Shown: positions 8,843 through 19,171, numbered from the stretch's first letter. The stretch: 64,000 bases of DNA from Candidatus Omnitrophota bacterium (GCA_043813305.1 JBDRLC010000017.1:85-64084), one strand, 5' to 3'. Program-made: numbers and translations. The notes: generated by a model not told the origin, from the sequence alone.

Positions 8843-9568
8843 ATGTTAATTATTCCCGCGATAGACTTAGAGGATGGCTGCGTAGTACGATATGTCCAGG
8901 GAAAACTGAATAAGAAGGTATATTCTAGAGATCCGCTTAAAGTTGCTCAAGATTGGGTGAAGCAGGGAGCTAAGCTTATTCATCTCGTTGATCTGAATGG
9001 TGCTTTCAGCGGTAAGCCAAAAAATCTGGATATAGTAAAAAAAATTGCCGGTGTTATTTCTGTTCCGATTGAATTTGGCGGCGGCATAAGAGACATAAAG
9101 ACCATAAATAATCTGATTGATTACGGTGTGAGGCGGGTCGTCCTGGGAACAAAGGCAGTTCTAGACAGGCTCTTTCTAAAAAAAATCTTCTCTAAGTTCA
9201 AGGATCGCGTAATCGTCAGTCTTGACGCAAAGCAGAATAAGTTATTAGTCAAGGGCTGGAAAACTTCAAACCAGGGTATCGGGATGATTGACTTTGCAAA
9301 CAGTTTAAAGCAGATGGGTTTTAAAGAACTGATTTATACTGATACGTTAAAGGACGGGACGTTATCCGGACCGAATGTATCGGGGATTAAAAATCTGCTC
9401 AAAGCAACCTCTTTGAAAATAATTGCCTCCGGAGGAGTCTCGTCCCTGAAAGATATAAGCAAGCTGAAAAAATTAGAGCAGCAGGGCCTAACCGGGTTGA
9501 TTGTCGGGAAAGCCTTGTATGAAGGTAAATTTACCTTAGCAGAAGCCTTAAAACTGGAAAGGGGGTAG
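8843..9568 (+). CDS. hisA: ProFAR isomerase HisA
   Basis: 241-aa TIM-barrel HisA pattern (IIPAIDL..G..VR, HLVDLNGA, GGGIR, ASGGVSS). Confidence 0.95.
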   Translation: MLIIPAIDLEDGCVVRYVQGKLNKKVYSRDPLKVAQDWVKQGAKLIHLVDLNGAFSGKPKNLDIVKKIAGVISVPIEFGGGIRDIKTINNLIDYGVRRVVLGTKAVLDRLFLKKIFSKFKDRVIVSLDAKQNKLLVKGWKTSNQGIGMIDFANSLKQMGFKELIYTDTLKDGTLSGPNVSGIKNLLKATSLKIIASGGVSSLKDISKLKKLEQQGLTGLIVGKALYEGKFTLAEALKLERG

Positions 9569-9572
9569 GTTA

Positions 9573-10013
9573 ATGATCAAAAATATCTTTAATCTTGTTT
9601 TAGCATTAATCTTATTAGTTACTTTTAGCGGTTGTGCCAGCATGGGTAAGCCCAAGGATTTAGAGATCCAGGGATTAAGAAATCAGGTTTTAGCCCTTCA
9701 GTCACAGATCGAATATAAAGACCGGGAGATTGAAGAACTTAGGGAAGTTTTAGTTTCGACGCAAGAGAAAAATGAAAGCGTTGCCAGAAGAAGGGCAGGC
9801 TCGGAGGTTAAATCCCGTCCCAATTCAAAGCAGATTCAGACCGCTTTAAAAAATGCCGGCTATAATCCAGGTAAGATTGACGGAAAAATCGGAAAGAATA
9901 CTAGAGAAGCAATAAAGGCATTCCAAAGAGATAAAGGGTTAAAGGTCGATGGAAAAGTAGGCAAGCAGACCTGGGGGGAATTAGCGGCATATCTTAATAA
10001 AACTAAAAAATAA
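9573..10013 (+). CDS. lipoprotein with C-terminal peptidoglycan-binding (PG_binding_1-like) domain
   Basis: Signal peptide plus lipobox (LVTFSGC), a coiled-coil segment, then LKNAGYNPGKIDGKIGKNTREAIKAFQRDKGLKVDGKVGKQTW. Confidence 0.75.
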   Translation: MIKNIFNLVLALILLVTFSGCASMGKPKDLEIQGLRNQVLALQSQIEYKDREIEELREVLVSTQEKNESVARRRAGSEVKSRPNSKQIQTALKNAGYNPGKIDGKIGKNTREAIKAFQRDKGLKVDGKVGKQTWGELAAYLNKTKK

Positions 10014-10019
10014 GCCGAG

Positions 10020-10778
10020 ATGTTAACTAAAAGAATCATACCTTGCCTGGATATAAAAGACGGCAGGGTGGTAAAAGGAGTAAAATTTCTAGGATTAAGA
10101 GATGCGGGCGATCCTGTGGAAGTGGCCAAGATCTACGATCAAGGACAGGCTGACGAAATGGTATTTTTGGATATTACTGCCAGTCACCAGAAGCGCAAGA
10201 TTCTTATCGATTTAGTGGAAAAGATAGCTAAAAATATTTTTATGCCTTTTACCGTTGGCGGAGGGGTAGGCGATATTAGCGATATCAGGGATCTTTTAAA
10301 TGCCGGAGCAGAAAAAGTTTCTTTAAATACGCAGGCAGTGCAATACCCGGATTTAATCGCAGATAGCTCCGCTAGATTCGGAAGCCAATGCATCGTAGTG
10401 GCAATTGACGCCAAAAAAATCAAAGAAGATAAATGGCAGGTTTTTATTAATGGCGGCAGAACCCCCATGGAATTAGACGCCGTTGATTGGGCGAAAAAAG
10501 CAGCAGGACTTGGCGCCGGAGAAATACTTTTAACCAGCATGGATTGTGACGGCACGAAAGAGGGTTACGACACAGCTTTGACTAAGGCGGTATCAAGTAA
10601 GGTCAATATTCCGGTTATAGCTTCCGGCGGTGCGGGTAAATTAGAGCATTTTTACGAAGCTCTTGCTACTGCCCAAGCAGACGCAGCTTTAGCAGCTTCT
10701 CTGTTTCACTATCAACAATATTCCATAAGAGAAGTAAAGGAATATTTGCATAGCAGAGGAGTAAGTGTAAGATTATGA
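10020..10778 (+). CDS. hisF: imidazole glycerol phosphate synthase cyclase subunit
   Basis: HisF pattern ([36 protein letters not shown]). Confidence 0.96.
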   Translation: MLTKRIIPCLDIKDGRVVKGVKFLGLRDAGDPVEVAKIYDQGQADEMVFLDITASHQKRKILIDLVEKIAKNIFMPFTVGGGVGDISDIRDLLNAGAEKVSLNTQAVQYPDLIADSSARFGSQCIVVAIDAKKIKEDKWQVFINGGRTPMELDAVDWAKKAAGLGAGEILLTSMDCDGTKEGYDTALTKAVSSKVNIPVIASGGAGKLEHFYEALATAQADAALAASLFHYQQYSIREVKEYLHSRGVSVRL

Positions 10779-11110
10779 CAAAGAGAGTAAAATTTGATTT
10801 AAAGCAATTAAAGTTTGATAAACAGGGATTGATTCCTGCTATAATCCAGGATTATAGGAGCAAAGAAATCTTAATGCTTGCATACATGAATCAGGAATCC
10901 TTGAAGAGAACGCTGCGTTTAAAGAAAACTTGTTTTTGGTCCCGCTCAAGAAAAGAATTTTGGATAAAAGGAAAAACGTCAGGTAACTATCAATATATAA
11001 AATCAATATTTTATGATTGCGATATGGACGCGTTGCTAATTAAGGTGCGTCAGGCCGGAGGCGCCTGTCACACTGGCAATCGAACATGTTTCTATAGGAA
11101 ATTTAGATAA
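10775..11110 (+). CDS. hisI: phosphoribosyl-AMP cyclohydrolase (HisI only, no HisE domain)
   Basis: 111 aa with [13 protein letters not shown]...W.KG.TSGN and D.D.LL..V...G.ACHTG..SCF. Confidence 0.93.
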   Translation: MTKRVKFDLKQLKFDKQGLIPAIIQDYRSKEILMLAYMNQESLKRTLRLKKTCFWSRSRKEFWIKGKTSGNYQYIKSIFYDCDMDALLIKVRQAGGACHTGNRTCFYRKFR

Positions 11111-11111
11111 A

Positions 11112-12599
11112 ATGTATCGACCGACACTGGATGATTTTTTAAAGCTTACCAAAAAAGGAAATGTTATACCTGTGTATAAAGAGATTAACGCGGATCTAGA
11201 TACCCCGGTATCCGCCTTTATCAAGACCGGTAAATCAGACTATTCATTCTTATTTGAGTCTGTTGATGGCGGAGAAAAGATTGCGAGGTTCTCTTTTATC
11301 GGCAGTAACCCATCGCTTGTGTTTAAAAGCAAGGGGAAGAGAATTCAAATCATCTGCCCCCAGAAAAAACACACCCGCAGTTTCCTGACTAAAAGTTCAC
11401 CCTTAGATGAGATAAAAAAAATCATGAAAGATTTTAAACCGGTTGAGGTTTCTGGATTACCGCGTTTTTACGGAGGGTTAGTAGGATATATCGGATATGA
11501 TCTGGTCAGGTTTTTCGAAAAACTTCCGGATAAAAATAAAGATGATTTAAAGCTTCCAGATGCAGTATTAATGCTTACCGATACAATCCTCATTTTTGAC
11601 CATATCAATCATACAGTTAAGATCGTTACTAATATAATTTTGCCTAAAAAAACTATTAGCAATGCGCAAAAGATCAGGATTTACCATCAGGCAGTTAAGA
11701 AGATTGAATCGATCGATCAGGCCTTCAGAGACCCGATAAAACTTAAAACCACGAAAGACAACAAGAGGACCGGTAAAAAGAGTATAAAATCAAATTTTAA
11801 AAAAGCAGCCTTTGAGAATATAGTAAAGAGAGCAAAAGAGTATATAAGAAAAGGGGATATCATTCAGGTTGTGCTCTCTCAGCGTTTCCAGATAAAGATT
11901 AAAGAATCCCCCTTTCAGATCTACCGTAATTTAAGGAGTTTAAATCCATCCCCGTATATGTTTTTTCTGAAATTAAAGGAGACTAGTCTTATCGGCTCTT
12001 CTCCGGAGATGCTCGTGCGTTGCGAGGGCGAGGTTGTCCAGACCAGGCCGATTGCAGGGACACGGCCACGCGGAAGATCCGAAGAAGTGGATCTAAAGCT
12101 TGAGAAAGAACTCCTCAAAGATAGCAAAGAAAAAGCAGAGCATATTATGCTGGTTGACTTAGGAAGAAATGATTTAGGCAGGGTCTGTCGCAAGGGTGAG
12201 GTTGAGGTTCATGAATTTATGAATGTAGAAAAGTATTCCCATGTGATGCATCTGGTGAGTGAAGTCAGAGGTAAATTGAATAAAAAGGTTTATGATATTT
12301 ACGATGTTTTGAAAGCCTGTTTTCCCGCGGGCACTGTAGCCGGTAGTCCGAAAATCCGCGCCATGGAGATCATCGATGAATTAGAAAACATAAAGCGCGG
12401 GCCTTATGCCGGATGTGTCGGCTATTTTAGCTTCTCGCATAATATAGATACTTGTATAACTATCCGGACGATAGTACTTAAAGACGGCACTGCCTATATA
12501 CAGGCAGGTGCGGGCATTGTTGCGGATTCTGTTCCGGAAAAAGAATATTTTGAATCGGTGAATAAGTCCAGGGCACTAATCGAGGCGATTACAAAATAA
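11112..12599 (+). CDS. trpE: anthranilate synthase component I family (TrpE/PabB)
   Basis: 495-aa chorismate-binding pattern (SPYMFF, GSSPE, RPIAGTRPRG, EH.MLVDL.RND, GPYAG.VGY, AGAGIVADS.PE.EY.E). No TrpG or other trp genes follow. Confidence 0.85.
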   Translation: MYRPTLDDFLKLTKKGNVIPVYKEINADLDTPVSAFIKTGKSDYSFLFESVDGGEKIARFSFIGSNPSLVFKSKGKRIQIICPQKKHTRSFLTKSSPLDEIKKIMKDFKPVEVSGLPRFYGGLVGYIGYDLVRFFEKLPDKNKDDLKLPDAVLMLTDTILIFDHINHTVKIVTNIILPKKTISNAQKIRIYHQAVKKIESIDQAFRDPIKLKTTKDNKRTGKKSIKSNFKKAAFENIVKRAKEYIRKGDIIQVVLSQRFQIKIKESPFQIYRNLRSLNPSPYMFFLKLKETSLIGSSPEMLVRCEGEVVQTRPIAGTRPRGRSEEVDLKLEKELLKDSKEKAEHIMLVDLGRNDLGRVCRKGEVEVHEFMNVEKYSHVMHLVSEVRGKLNKKVYDIYDVLKACFPAGTVAGSPKIRAMEIIDELENIKRGPYAGCVGYFSFSHNIDTCITIRTIVLKDGTAYIQAGAGIVADSVPEKEYFESVNKSRALIEAITK

Positions 12600-12616
12600 A
12601 AAGGAGGATATCAAAG

Positions 12617-12889
12617 ATGGCAGTTCATGTACGGCTCAGGAGAATCGGTAAACGCACAAAAGGAAGGATACATTTTCGAATTTCGGTGTTTGATGAACGG
12701 TGTCCTCGCGACGGAAAATGCATTGAAGAATTGGGTTTCTATAATCCAAGAAGCAAAGAGTTAAAGATAAAGATGGACAGGATTGAGTATTGGGTGAAGA
12801 ACGGCGCAGTACTCTCTACGACAGTCCGCAACCTAGTTAAGAAAAACAAAAAGGAGGCAGGAAATGCCGCAGGCACAGCAAGCAGCTAG
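12617..12889 (+). CDS. rpsP: 30S ribosomal protein S16
   Basis: Pattern: VRLRR.G....FRI.V.D.R.PRDG..IE.LG.YNP. Confidence 0.95.
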   Translation: MAVHVRLRRIGKRTKGRIHFRISVFDERCPRDGKCIEELGFYNPRSKELKIKMDRIEYWVKNGAVLSTTVRNLVKKNKKEAGNAAGTASS

Positions 12890-13145
12890 TCCCTTAGTAA
12901 ATCTTTTCCCGCTCATACTAATCTTTGTGGTTTTTTACTTTCTGCTTATCCGTCCGCAGAAACAGAGAGAGAAAGAGCACAAAGAAATGCTCACTAGTCT
13001 TAATAAGAATGACCAGGTGGTTACTTCCAGCGGGATCCACGGGACTGTGATTAATGTAAAAGATAAAACCGTGATTTTACGGATAGACGATAATGTAAAG
13101 ATAGAAATTGAAAAAAAATCCATCGCTTTAAAAAAAATTCAATAA
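12864..13145 (+). CDS. yajC: preprotein translocase subunit YajC
   Basis: Single TM, then RPQ.KR.KEH..ML..L.K.D.V.T..G..G.V. AAGGAGG lies inside the rpsP 3' end. Confidence 0.9.
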   Translation: MPQAQQAASPLVNLFPLILIFVVFYFLLIRPQKQREKEHKEMLTSLNKNDQVVTSSGIHGTVINVKDKTVILRIDDNVKIEIEKKSIALKKIQ

Positions 13146-13165
13146 TTCCTTAGAGGCAGGCGAAT

Positions 13166-15373
13166 ATGGGAAATCGATTAATTAAAAAATTAGTTCTGAT
13201 TTTTTCGGTATTGGGAATTTGCGCTTATTTTGCGTTTCCTTTGGATAAAAGGATCAACCTGGGTTTAGATTTAAAGGGCGGGATGCATCTGCTACTAAAG
13301 GTTGATACCGGACATTTAGACGATGAGCAAAGACGAGACGCTGCTGACCGAGCAGTTGAGATAATCAGAAACAGGATCGATGAATTTGGAGTAAGAGAAC
13401 CTTCTATCCAAAGACAGGGGGAGGATGAGATCGTAATACAATTACCGGGCATAACCGATAGAGAGAGGGCTTTGGATATTATCGGTAAGACTGCGATGCT
13501 GGAGTTTAAGCTGGCATCCTCGGATATCGAGCAATTAAGGAAGGCTCAAGAAGGCATTATCCCTGAGGGGTTTGAGCTAAAATATATCGAGAAGGAAAAT
13601 AGGGAACCGTTATTATTAGAAAAAAAAGCGGTTTTAATCGGAGATGCATTAGTTAATGCCAGCGTAAGATTTAATCAGAGCGAATTTAACGAACCGATAA
13701 TCGCTTTAAATTTCAATCCCAAAGGAGCAATAGAATTTTCCAAGCTTACTGCAGAGAACGTAGGTAAGAGATTGGCAATTGTTTTAGACGGCAAGGTGCA
13801 GTCGGCACCGAGAATAAGGGAAGCAATACCAAACGGCGAAGCGATCATCTCCGGGCGATTTTCGGTCGATGAAGCGCAGGATCTAGCTTTAGTTTTAAGG
13901 GTCGGGGCCTTGCCTGCGCCGATGCATATTGAAGAAGAAAGGACTATCGGTCCTTTGCTTGGAGAGGATTCGATCAACAGAGGGATTAAAGCCCTGATTA
14001 TCGGTGGCGCTTCAGTTTGCAGCTTTATGATTGTTTATTATCTTTTAGCAGGCATTATATGCAACCTGGCTTTAGGGCTTAACCTAATCATGATCTTAGG
14101 CGGGTTAGGTATATTGCCAGTGCTCTTTCCGGGTATCTCCGCCACTTTGACCTTGCCCGGAATCGCAGGTATCGTGTTGTCTTTAGGTATGGCAGTTGAC
14201 GCCAACGTCCTGATCTATGAACGCATCAGAGAAGAGATAAATACAGGGAAGAATCTGACTACAGCTATTGCCAGCGGTTACGCTAAAGCATTCAGCGCAA
14301 TCTTAGACAGTAATATAACCACCTTGATCGCCGCCTTTTTATTATTTCAATTTGGCACCGGGTCAATCAGAGGATTTGCCGTAACCTTAACCATCGGCCT
14401 GATCTCCAGTTTATTCACCTCTATCTTGGTCACCCGTACAATATTTGAGATTTTAATAAGCCTGAAGTTATTAAGGAATCGGCTGCCGATGCTGCGGCTT
14501 TTTAGAGAGACTAAATTAGATTTTATCGGTAAGAGAAAGATTTTTTACGCCTTATCATCGGTGATCATCATCAGCGGACTAGTTTTATATTTCAATAAAG
14601 GAAAAGATACCTATGGTATTGATTTTGCCGGAGGGCAGCTTCAGGAGTATAGTTTTAAAACTGCGCCTCATGTCGATGAAATACGCAGCGTGCTTAAGGA
14701 AATCGGGCTGGCTGAAGGCTCAATACAGCAATTCAAAGAAAACCCGAAAATCATATTGATCAGGACTAGCGAAGATAAAAATGTAACCTTGACCGATAAG
14801 TTAAAGCAGAGTTTTCCTGATCAAGATATCCAGACTTTAAGGGTGGAGCGAGTAGGTCCGGTGGCAGGAAAATATTTAAAGACCAAAGCCTTAAAAGCTT
14901 TAATCTGGGCAATGATCGGAATCTTGATTTATGTCGCCTTAAGGTTTAAGCATGTTAACTTTGCCGTAGCAGGAGTAGTCGCGCTTCTACATGACGTATT
15001 CATTGCCCTATCTTTTCTGCTATTTACCGGAAGGCAGATTGATCTTTTGATCGTTACGGCCTTTTTGACAATCGCCGGCTATTCGATAAATGATACGATT
15101 GTTATATATGACAGGGTCAGAGAGAATACTCGTAATCTCAGGAAGCTTGGATTGAGAGAATTAATAAATCTAAGCGTAAATCAGATGCTAGGCAGGACAG
15201 TGCTTACTACTTTTGCCACTCTTTTAGTAGTTGTAGCTATATTCTTCTATGGTGGAGAAGTACTGAGCAACTTTGCCTTTACTCTGATGGTTGGCTTTAT
15301 CTCCGGAGTCTATTCTACTATCTATATTGCCTCTCCTTTGGTTCTTCTCTTAAGTCGTAAAAATACAAAATAA
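13166..15373 (+). CDS. secDF: fused protein-export membrane protein SecDF
   Basis: 735 aa. The SecD periplasmic head and 6 TM are followed by a SecF-like second 6-TM half (INDTIVIYDRVRE). Confidence 0.93.
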   Translation: MGNRLIKKLVLIFSVLGICAYFAFPLDKRINLGLDLKGGMHLLLKVDTGHLDDEQRRDAADRAVEIIRNRIDEFGVREPSIQRQGEDEIVIQLPGITDRERALDIIGKTAMLEFKLASSDIEQLRKAQEGIIPEGFELKYIEKENREPLLLEKKAVLIGDALVNASVRFNQSEFNEPIIALNFNPKGAIEFSKLTAENVGKRLAIVLDGKVQSAPRIREAIPNGEAIISGRFSVDEAQDLALVLRVGALPAPMHIEEERTIGPLLGEDSINRGIKALIIGGASVCSFMIVYYLLAGIICNLALGLNLIMILGGLGILPVLFPGISATLTLPGIAGIVLSLGMAVDANVLIYERIREEINTGKNLTTAIASGYAKAFSAILDSNITTLIAAFLLFQFGTGSIRGFAVTLTIGLISSLFTSILVTRTIFEILISLKLLRNRLPMLRLFRETKLDFIGKRKIFYALSSVIIISGLVLYFNKGKDTYGIDFAGGQLQEYSFKTAPHVDEIRSVLKEIGLAEGSIQQFKENPKIILIRTSEDKNVTLTDKLKQSFPDQDIQTLRVERVGPVAGKYLKTKALKALIWAMIGILIYVALRFKHVNFAVAGVVALLHDVFIALSFLLFTGRQIDLLIVTAFLTIAGYSINDTIVIYDRVRENTRNLRKLGLRELINLSVNQMLGRTVLTTFATLLVVVAIFFYGGEVLSNFAFTLMVGFISGVYSTIYIASPLVLLLSRKNTK

Positions 15374-15395
15374 TATTATACTCAGGAAGGCCACA

Positions 15396-17318
15396 ATGTT
15401 TAAATCATTAAAAATTTATCTGGGATTGACCGTCAAGCTGGACCGACTGCTCGCTGATCTTCTGGAGTTCGGTTACAGGAGAGAAGATAGCATTGCCGAA
15501 GAGGGTGATTTCGCTAGAAGAGGTGGAATTATAGATATATTCCCTTTTGCTTTTGAACTTCCTGTCCGCATTGAGTTAGTTGGCGATCAAATCGTTTCGG
15601 CTAAGTCATTTGATATAGAGACCGGTAAATCGTTATGGGAACATAAAATCCTAATTATCCTGCCAATCAAGAAATCACACTCTCCTAAAACCGTTCCCTT
15701 CAAGGAGGAGTTTCCGCTTTCAAATTATATTGATCTTGATGTCGGTGATTATGTCGTACATAACCTTTACGGCATAGGAAAATTCAGAGGATTAGAGAAG
15801 ATAAAAATCAAAGATAAATCCAAAGACCACCTGGTTATCGAGTATGACCGAGAGGAAAAACTTTATGTCCCGGTCGACCAGATGCATATGGTGCAAAAAT
15901 ATATTGCTTTTCAGGTACGAAAACCGAAGCTTTATAGATTAGGGTCTCGGGAATGGCAGAGGACGAAGAACAGGGCAAGAAAGGCGATTCAGAAGCTTGC
16001 TTGGGAGCTGCTTTCTCTACAGGCGATGCGTTTAAGTAGCAAGGGTTTCGCTTATTCCGCTGACTCTGATTGGCAAAAGCAATTTGAGAAGACATTTGCT
16101 TATCAGGAGACCTTTGATCAGAACACCGCCACTTCCCAGGTAAAAAAAGACATGGAGTCAATAAAACCTATGGATAGGCTGCTCTGCGGCGATGTAGGGT
16201 ACGGGAAGACAGAGGTAGCTATGCGGGCAGCATTCAAGGCGGTCCTAGATAATAAACAGGTTGCCTATCTTGTTCCGACTACAATTTTAGCTGAGCAGCA
16301 TTATCATAATTTCAGCTCGCGCCTGAAAGAATTCCCTATAAATTTACAGTTGCTCTGCCGTTTTAAAACAGATGCACAACAGAAAAAGATCGTAAAGGAG
16401 ATCTCTCAAGGCAGAGTCGATATAGTAATCGGAACGCACAGGCTTTTATCCGATGATATTAATTTTAAGGATCTGGGACTGGTGGTGATTGACGAAGAAC
16501 AGCGCTTTGGAGTAAGGCATAAGGAGAAGCTGAAACAGCTAAGGCTTGCTACTGATGTTTTGACTTTGACTGCAACACCTATACCAAGGACGCTTTATAT
16601 GAGCTTGATGGGCGCTAAGGATCTCTCGGTAATCAATACTCCGCCTCAAAATAGATTGCCAATAAAGACGGTTGTGGTAGAATATGACGAAGACCTGATA
16701 CGGCAGGCGATTCTCAGAGAGTTTAACCGCAAAGGGCAAGTTTATTTTTTGCATAACCGGGTTTATGATATTGACAAAATCAAAGAGAAACTAAAAAGAA
16801 TCCTGCCCTCTACGCTGAGGTTAGCTATAGCGCATGGCCAGATGCCCTCCAGAGATTTAGAAGCGGTGATGTGTAATTTCCTCGATGCTAAGATTGATTG
16901 CCTGATTTGTACGATGATTATTGAATCCGGCATAGATATCCCGAATGCCAATACAATCATCGTAAATAATGCTCATAATTTTGGGCTCTCTAATTTGCAT
17001 CAACTCAGAGGCAGGGTCGGCAGATTTAACAGAGCGGCCTATGCTTATCTGATGATACCTAAAAATAAGACACTTGATAAGGATGCCAGAAAGAGGATGG
17101 AGGCAATCCAGGAATATTCGCATTTGGGTGCAGGATTTAGAATCGCTATGGAGGATTTGGAGATTAGAGGAGCAGGGAATCTTCTGGGCATGCAGCAACA
17201 CGGTTTTATCGCGGCCGTGGGATTCGATCTATACTGCCGGCTCTTAAAGGAAGTGGTGGATAGTTTTAAAAAAGTGTTCGATAACGAACCTAAGGGTGAT
17301 TATAATGCGCAGAATTAG
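15396..17318 (+). CDS. mfd: transcription-repair coupling factor, short form (640 aa)
   Basis: CarD/TRCF RNAP-interaction motif (GDYVVHNLYGIGKF...KLYVPVDQMHMVQKY); SF2 translocase (GDVGYGKTEVA, DEEQRFGV, TATPIPRT, QLRGRVGR). Ends right after GFDLYCRLLKEVV, and the N-terminus starts inside the UvrB-homology region. Confidence 0.88.
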   Translation: MFKSLKIYLGLTVKLDRLLADLLEFGYRREDSIAEEGDFARRGGIIDIFPFAFELPVRIELVGDQIVSAKSFDIETGKSLWEHKILIILPIKKSHSPKTVPFKEEFPLSNYIDLDVGDYVVHNLYGIGKFRGLEKIKIKDKSKDHLVIEYDREEKLYVPVDQMHMVQKYIAFQVRKPKLYRLGSREWQRTKNRARKAIQKLAWELLSLQAMRLSSKGFAYSADSDWQKQFEKTFAYQETFDQNTATSQVKKDMESIKPMDRLLCGDVGYGKTEVAMRAAFKAVLDNKQVAYLVPTTILAEQHYHNFSSRLKEFPINLQLLCRFKTDAQQKKIVKEISQGRVDIVIGTHRLLSDDINFKDLGLVVIDEEQRFGVRHKEKLKQLRLATDVLTLTATPIPRTLYMSLMGAKDLSVINTPPQNRLPIKTVVVEYDEDLIRQAILREFNRKGQVYFLHNRVYDIDKIKEKLKRILPSTLRLAIAHGQMPSRDLEAVMCNFLDAKIDCLICTMIIESGIDIPNANTIIVNNAHNFGLSNLHQLRGRVGRFNRAAYAYLMIPKNKTLDKDARKRMEAIQEYSHLGAGFRIAMEDLEIRGAGNLLGMQQHGFIAAVGFDLYCRLLKEVVDSFKKVFDNEPKGDYNAQN

Positions 17319-18222
17319 AAGATTCATTTTTACGCTGGCAATTCTCTCTCTCTTATCCGGCTTTTATCTGCCCTGCGGCCTTTATGCAGAGAGTAAGATA
17401 ATTGCTATTGTCAATTCCGAAGCGATTACTCAGAAGGACCTCGATGACTTTATTAATTTTATGCGCATGCAGTTGTCGCGCGAGTTAGAAGGGGGTGCTT
17501 TAGAGGATAGAGTCCGATCGATGAGTGAAGATCTGCTGAAAAAGTTGATTGAAGACAGATTAGTTTTACAGGAGGCCAAAAAGAACGAGATTTCCGTAGA
17601 TGAAAGCAGAATCAGGGCGAGAATCAATGATATTCGAAAAAGGTACCCTACGGATAATGACTTTCAGGCAGATTTATTAATCAGAGGCTTGACTCAGGCA
17701 GACTTAGAGACAAAGATTAATGAGCAGTTTCTCATGCGCGGCATAATCGAACAGGAGGTACGCCGAAATGTAGTGATTACTCCTAAGGAGATAACCGCTT
17801 TCTACAATCAGAATATAGAAAAGTTTAATGCCGAAGAAGTAAGAAAGGTAAGTGTGCTGATGATTGATTCCGGCGACCTGGCAAATAAAATAACCCCAGA
17901 TTTAAATAGCGCTAAGACACTGGAAGATATTGCAAAGGATCATTCTCTTAGCGTTGAGAGCCTGGAGGTTATAGAGAGGGAACTTAGCGAAGAGGTGAGC
18001 AGGAAAGTCTTTAGCCTAAAGGTAGGGCAGAGGTCAAAATTAATCCACATTGAAGGTAAATACTATATCTTCCGGCTTAATCAAATCATCCCTTCCAGAA
18101 AACTGAACTTATCAGAGGTTCAGGATCAAGTAAGTCTTTACTTATTTGAAAAGAAAATGCAGGAATCGATGCTGAAGTGGTTAGATGAACTCAAAGAAAA
18201 ATCCTATATTAAAATCCTCTAA
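17296..18222 (+). CDS. SurA/PrsA-like periplasmic chaperone (degenerate parvulin-type fold)
   Basis: Signal peptide and a SurA-N-like helical region. The position upstream of pdxA-rsmA mirrors the enterobacterial surA-pdxA-ksgA order. The start may be ATG 17305. Confidence 0.7.
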   Translation: MIIMRRIRRFIFTLAILSLLSGFYLPCGLYAESKIIAIVNSEAITQKDLDDFINFMRMQLSRELEGGALEDRVRSMSEDLLKKLIEDRLVLQEAKKNEISVDESRIRARINDIRKRYPTDNDFQADLLIRGLTQADLETKINEQFLMRGIIEQEVRRNVVITPKEITAFYNQNIEKFNAEEVRKVSVLMIDSGDLANKITPDLNSAKTLEDIAKDHSLSVESLEVIERELSEEVSRKVFSLKVGQRSKLIHIEGKYYIFRLNQIIPSRKLNLSEVQDQVSLYLFEKKMQESMLKWLDELKEKSYIKIL

Positions 18223-19171
18223 AGTCAGAGTCGGCCTTACTATAGGCGATCCTTCCGGTATCGGCCCTGCGATCACCCTAAAAGCTATTAAAAAATTACA
18301 AAGCTTAGCTGATTTCACCATAATCGGTGACCGCTGGCTCCTAAACAGACTTAAGACTTACGATTTAAGACATAAGACCGTCAGGATAGTTGATTTAAAA
18401 AACGTTCCTCGGAAAAATTTTTCCTTTGGCAAAATAAAAGCGGCATACGGAAAGGCTTCAATTGAATATTTAGATAAAGCCCTGGAGCTCATTAAGCAAA
18501 AGGAAATAGACTGCCTTGTTACCGCCCCGATCTCTAAAGAATCAATAAATTTAGCCGGTTTTAAATATTCCGGACATACTGAATATTTGGCTGATAAAAC
18601 AAATACCAAAGATTTTGCAATGATGCTCTTAAACAGTAAGATTAAATTTTCTCTGATCACAAGGCACCTTCCTTTAAAGAATGTCTCCTCTTCATTAGAC
18701 CAAAAGTCGATTTATAAGACGATTCTTCTGACCCACGAATTCCTGAAAAAAAACTTTGCTCTGAAAAATCCCCGGATCGTATTTTGCGGCCTTAATCCTC
18801 ATGCCTCAGATAATGGTTTGATCGGAAGAGAGGAAATCAGTATAATCTCTCCCGTTATAAGAAAGATTAAAAACAAGTTTAAGTTCAATATCGCTGGTCC
18901 GATTTCGGCAGATGTGGCAATCTATAAGGCAAGAGATAAGATTTATGATTGCGTGATTGCCGTTTATCATGATCAGGCGTTGATACCGTTAAAGCTGCTT
19001 GATAATAGAGGAGGTGTAAATATCACTCTCGGACTACCTTTTATCAGGACATCTGTGCTGCACGGTACAGCTTTTGATATTGCAAAAAATACCCATTTAA
19101 TTAAGGCGGATTCGTTGATTGAAGCGGTCCGCTTTGCCGTAAAATGCATCAAAAACCAAAGAAAAGATTAG
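18185..19171 (+). CDS. pdxA: 4-hydroxythreonine-4-phosphate dehydrogenase
   Basis: PdxA pattern (GDPSGIGP, GHTEYLA, GLNPHA, YHDQ.LIPLK, RTSV.HGTAFDIA). Confidence 0.93.
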   Translation: MNSKKNPILKSSKVRVGLTIGDPSGIGPAITLKAIKKLQSLADFTIIGDRWLLNRLKTYDLRHKTVRIVDLKNVPRKNFSFGKIKAAYGKASIEYLDKALELIKQKEIDCLVTAPISKESINLAGFKYSGHTEYLADKTNTKDFAMMLLNSKIKFSLITRHLPLKNVSSSLDQKSIYKTILLTHEFLKKNFALKNPRIVFCGLNPHASDNGLIGREEISIISPVIRKIKNKFKFNIAGPISADVAIYKARDKIYDCVIAVYHDQALIPLKLLDNRGGVNITLGLPFIRTSVLHGTAFDIAKNTHLIKADSLIEAVRFAVKCIKNQRKD

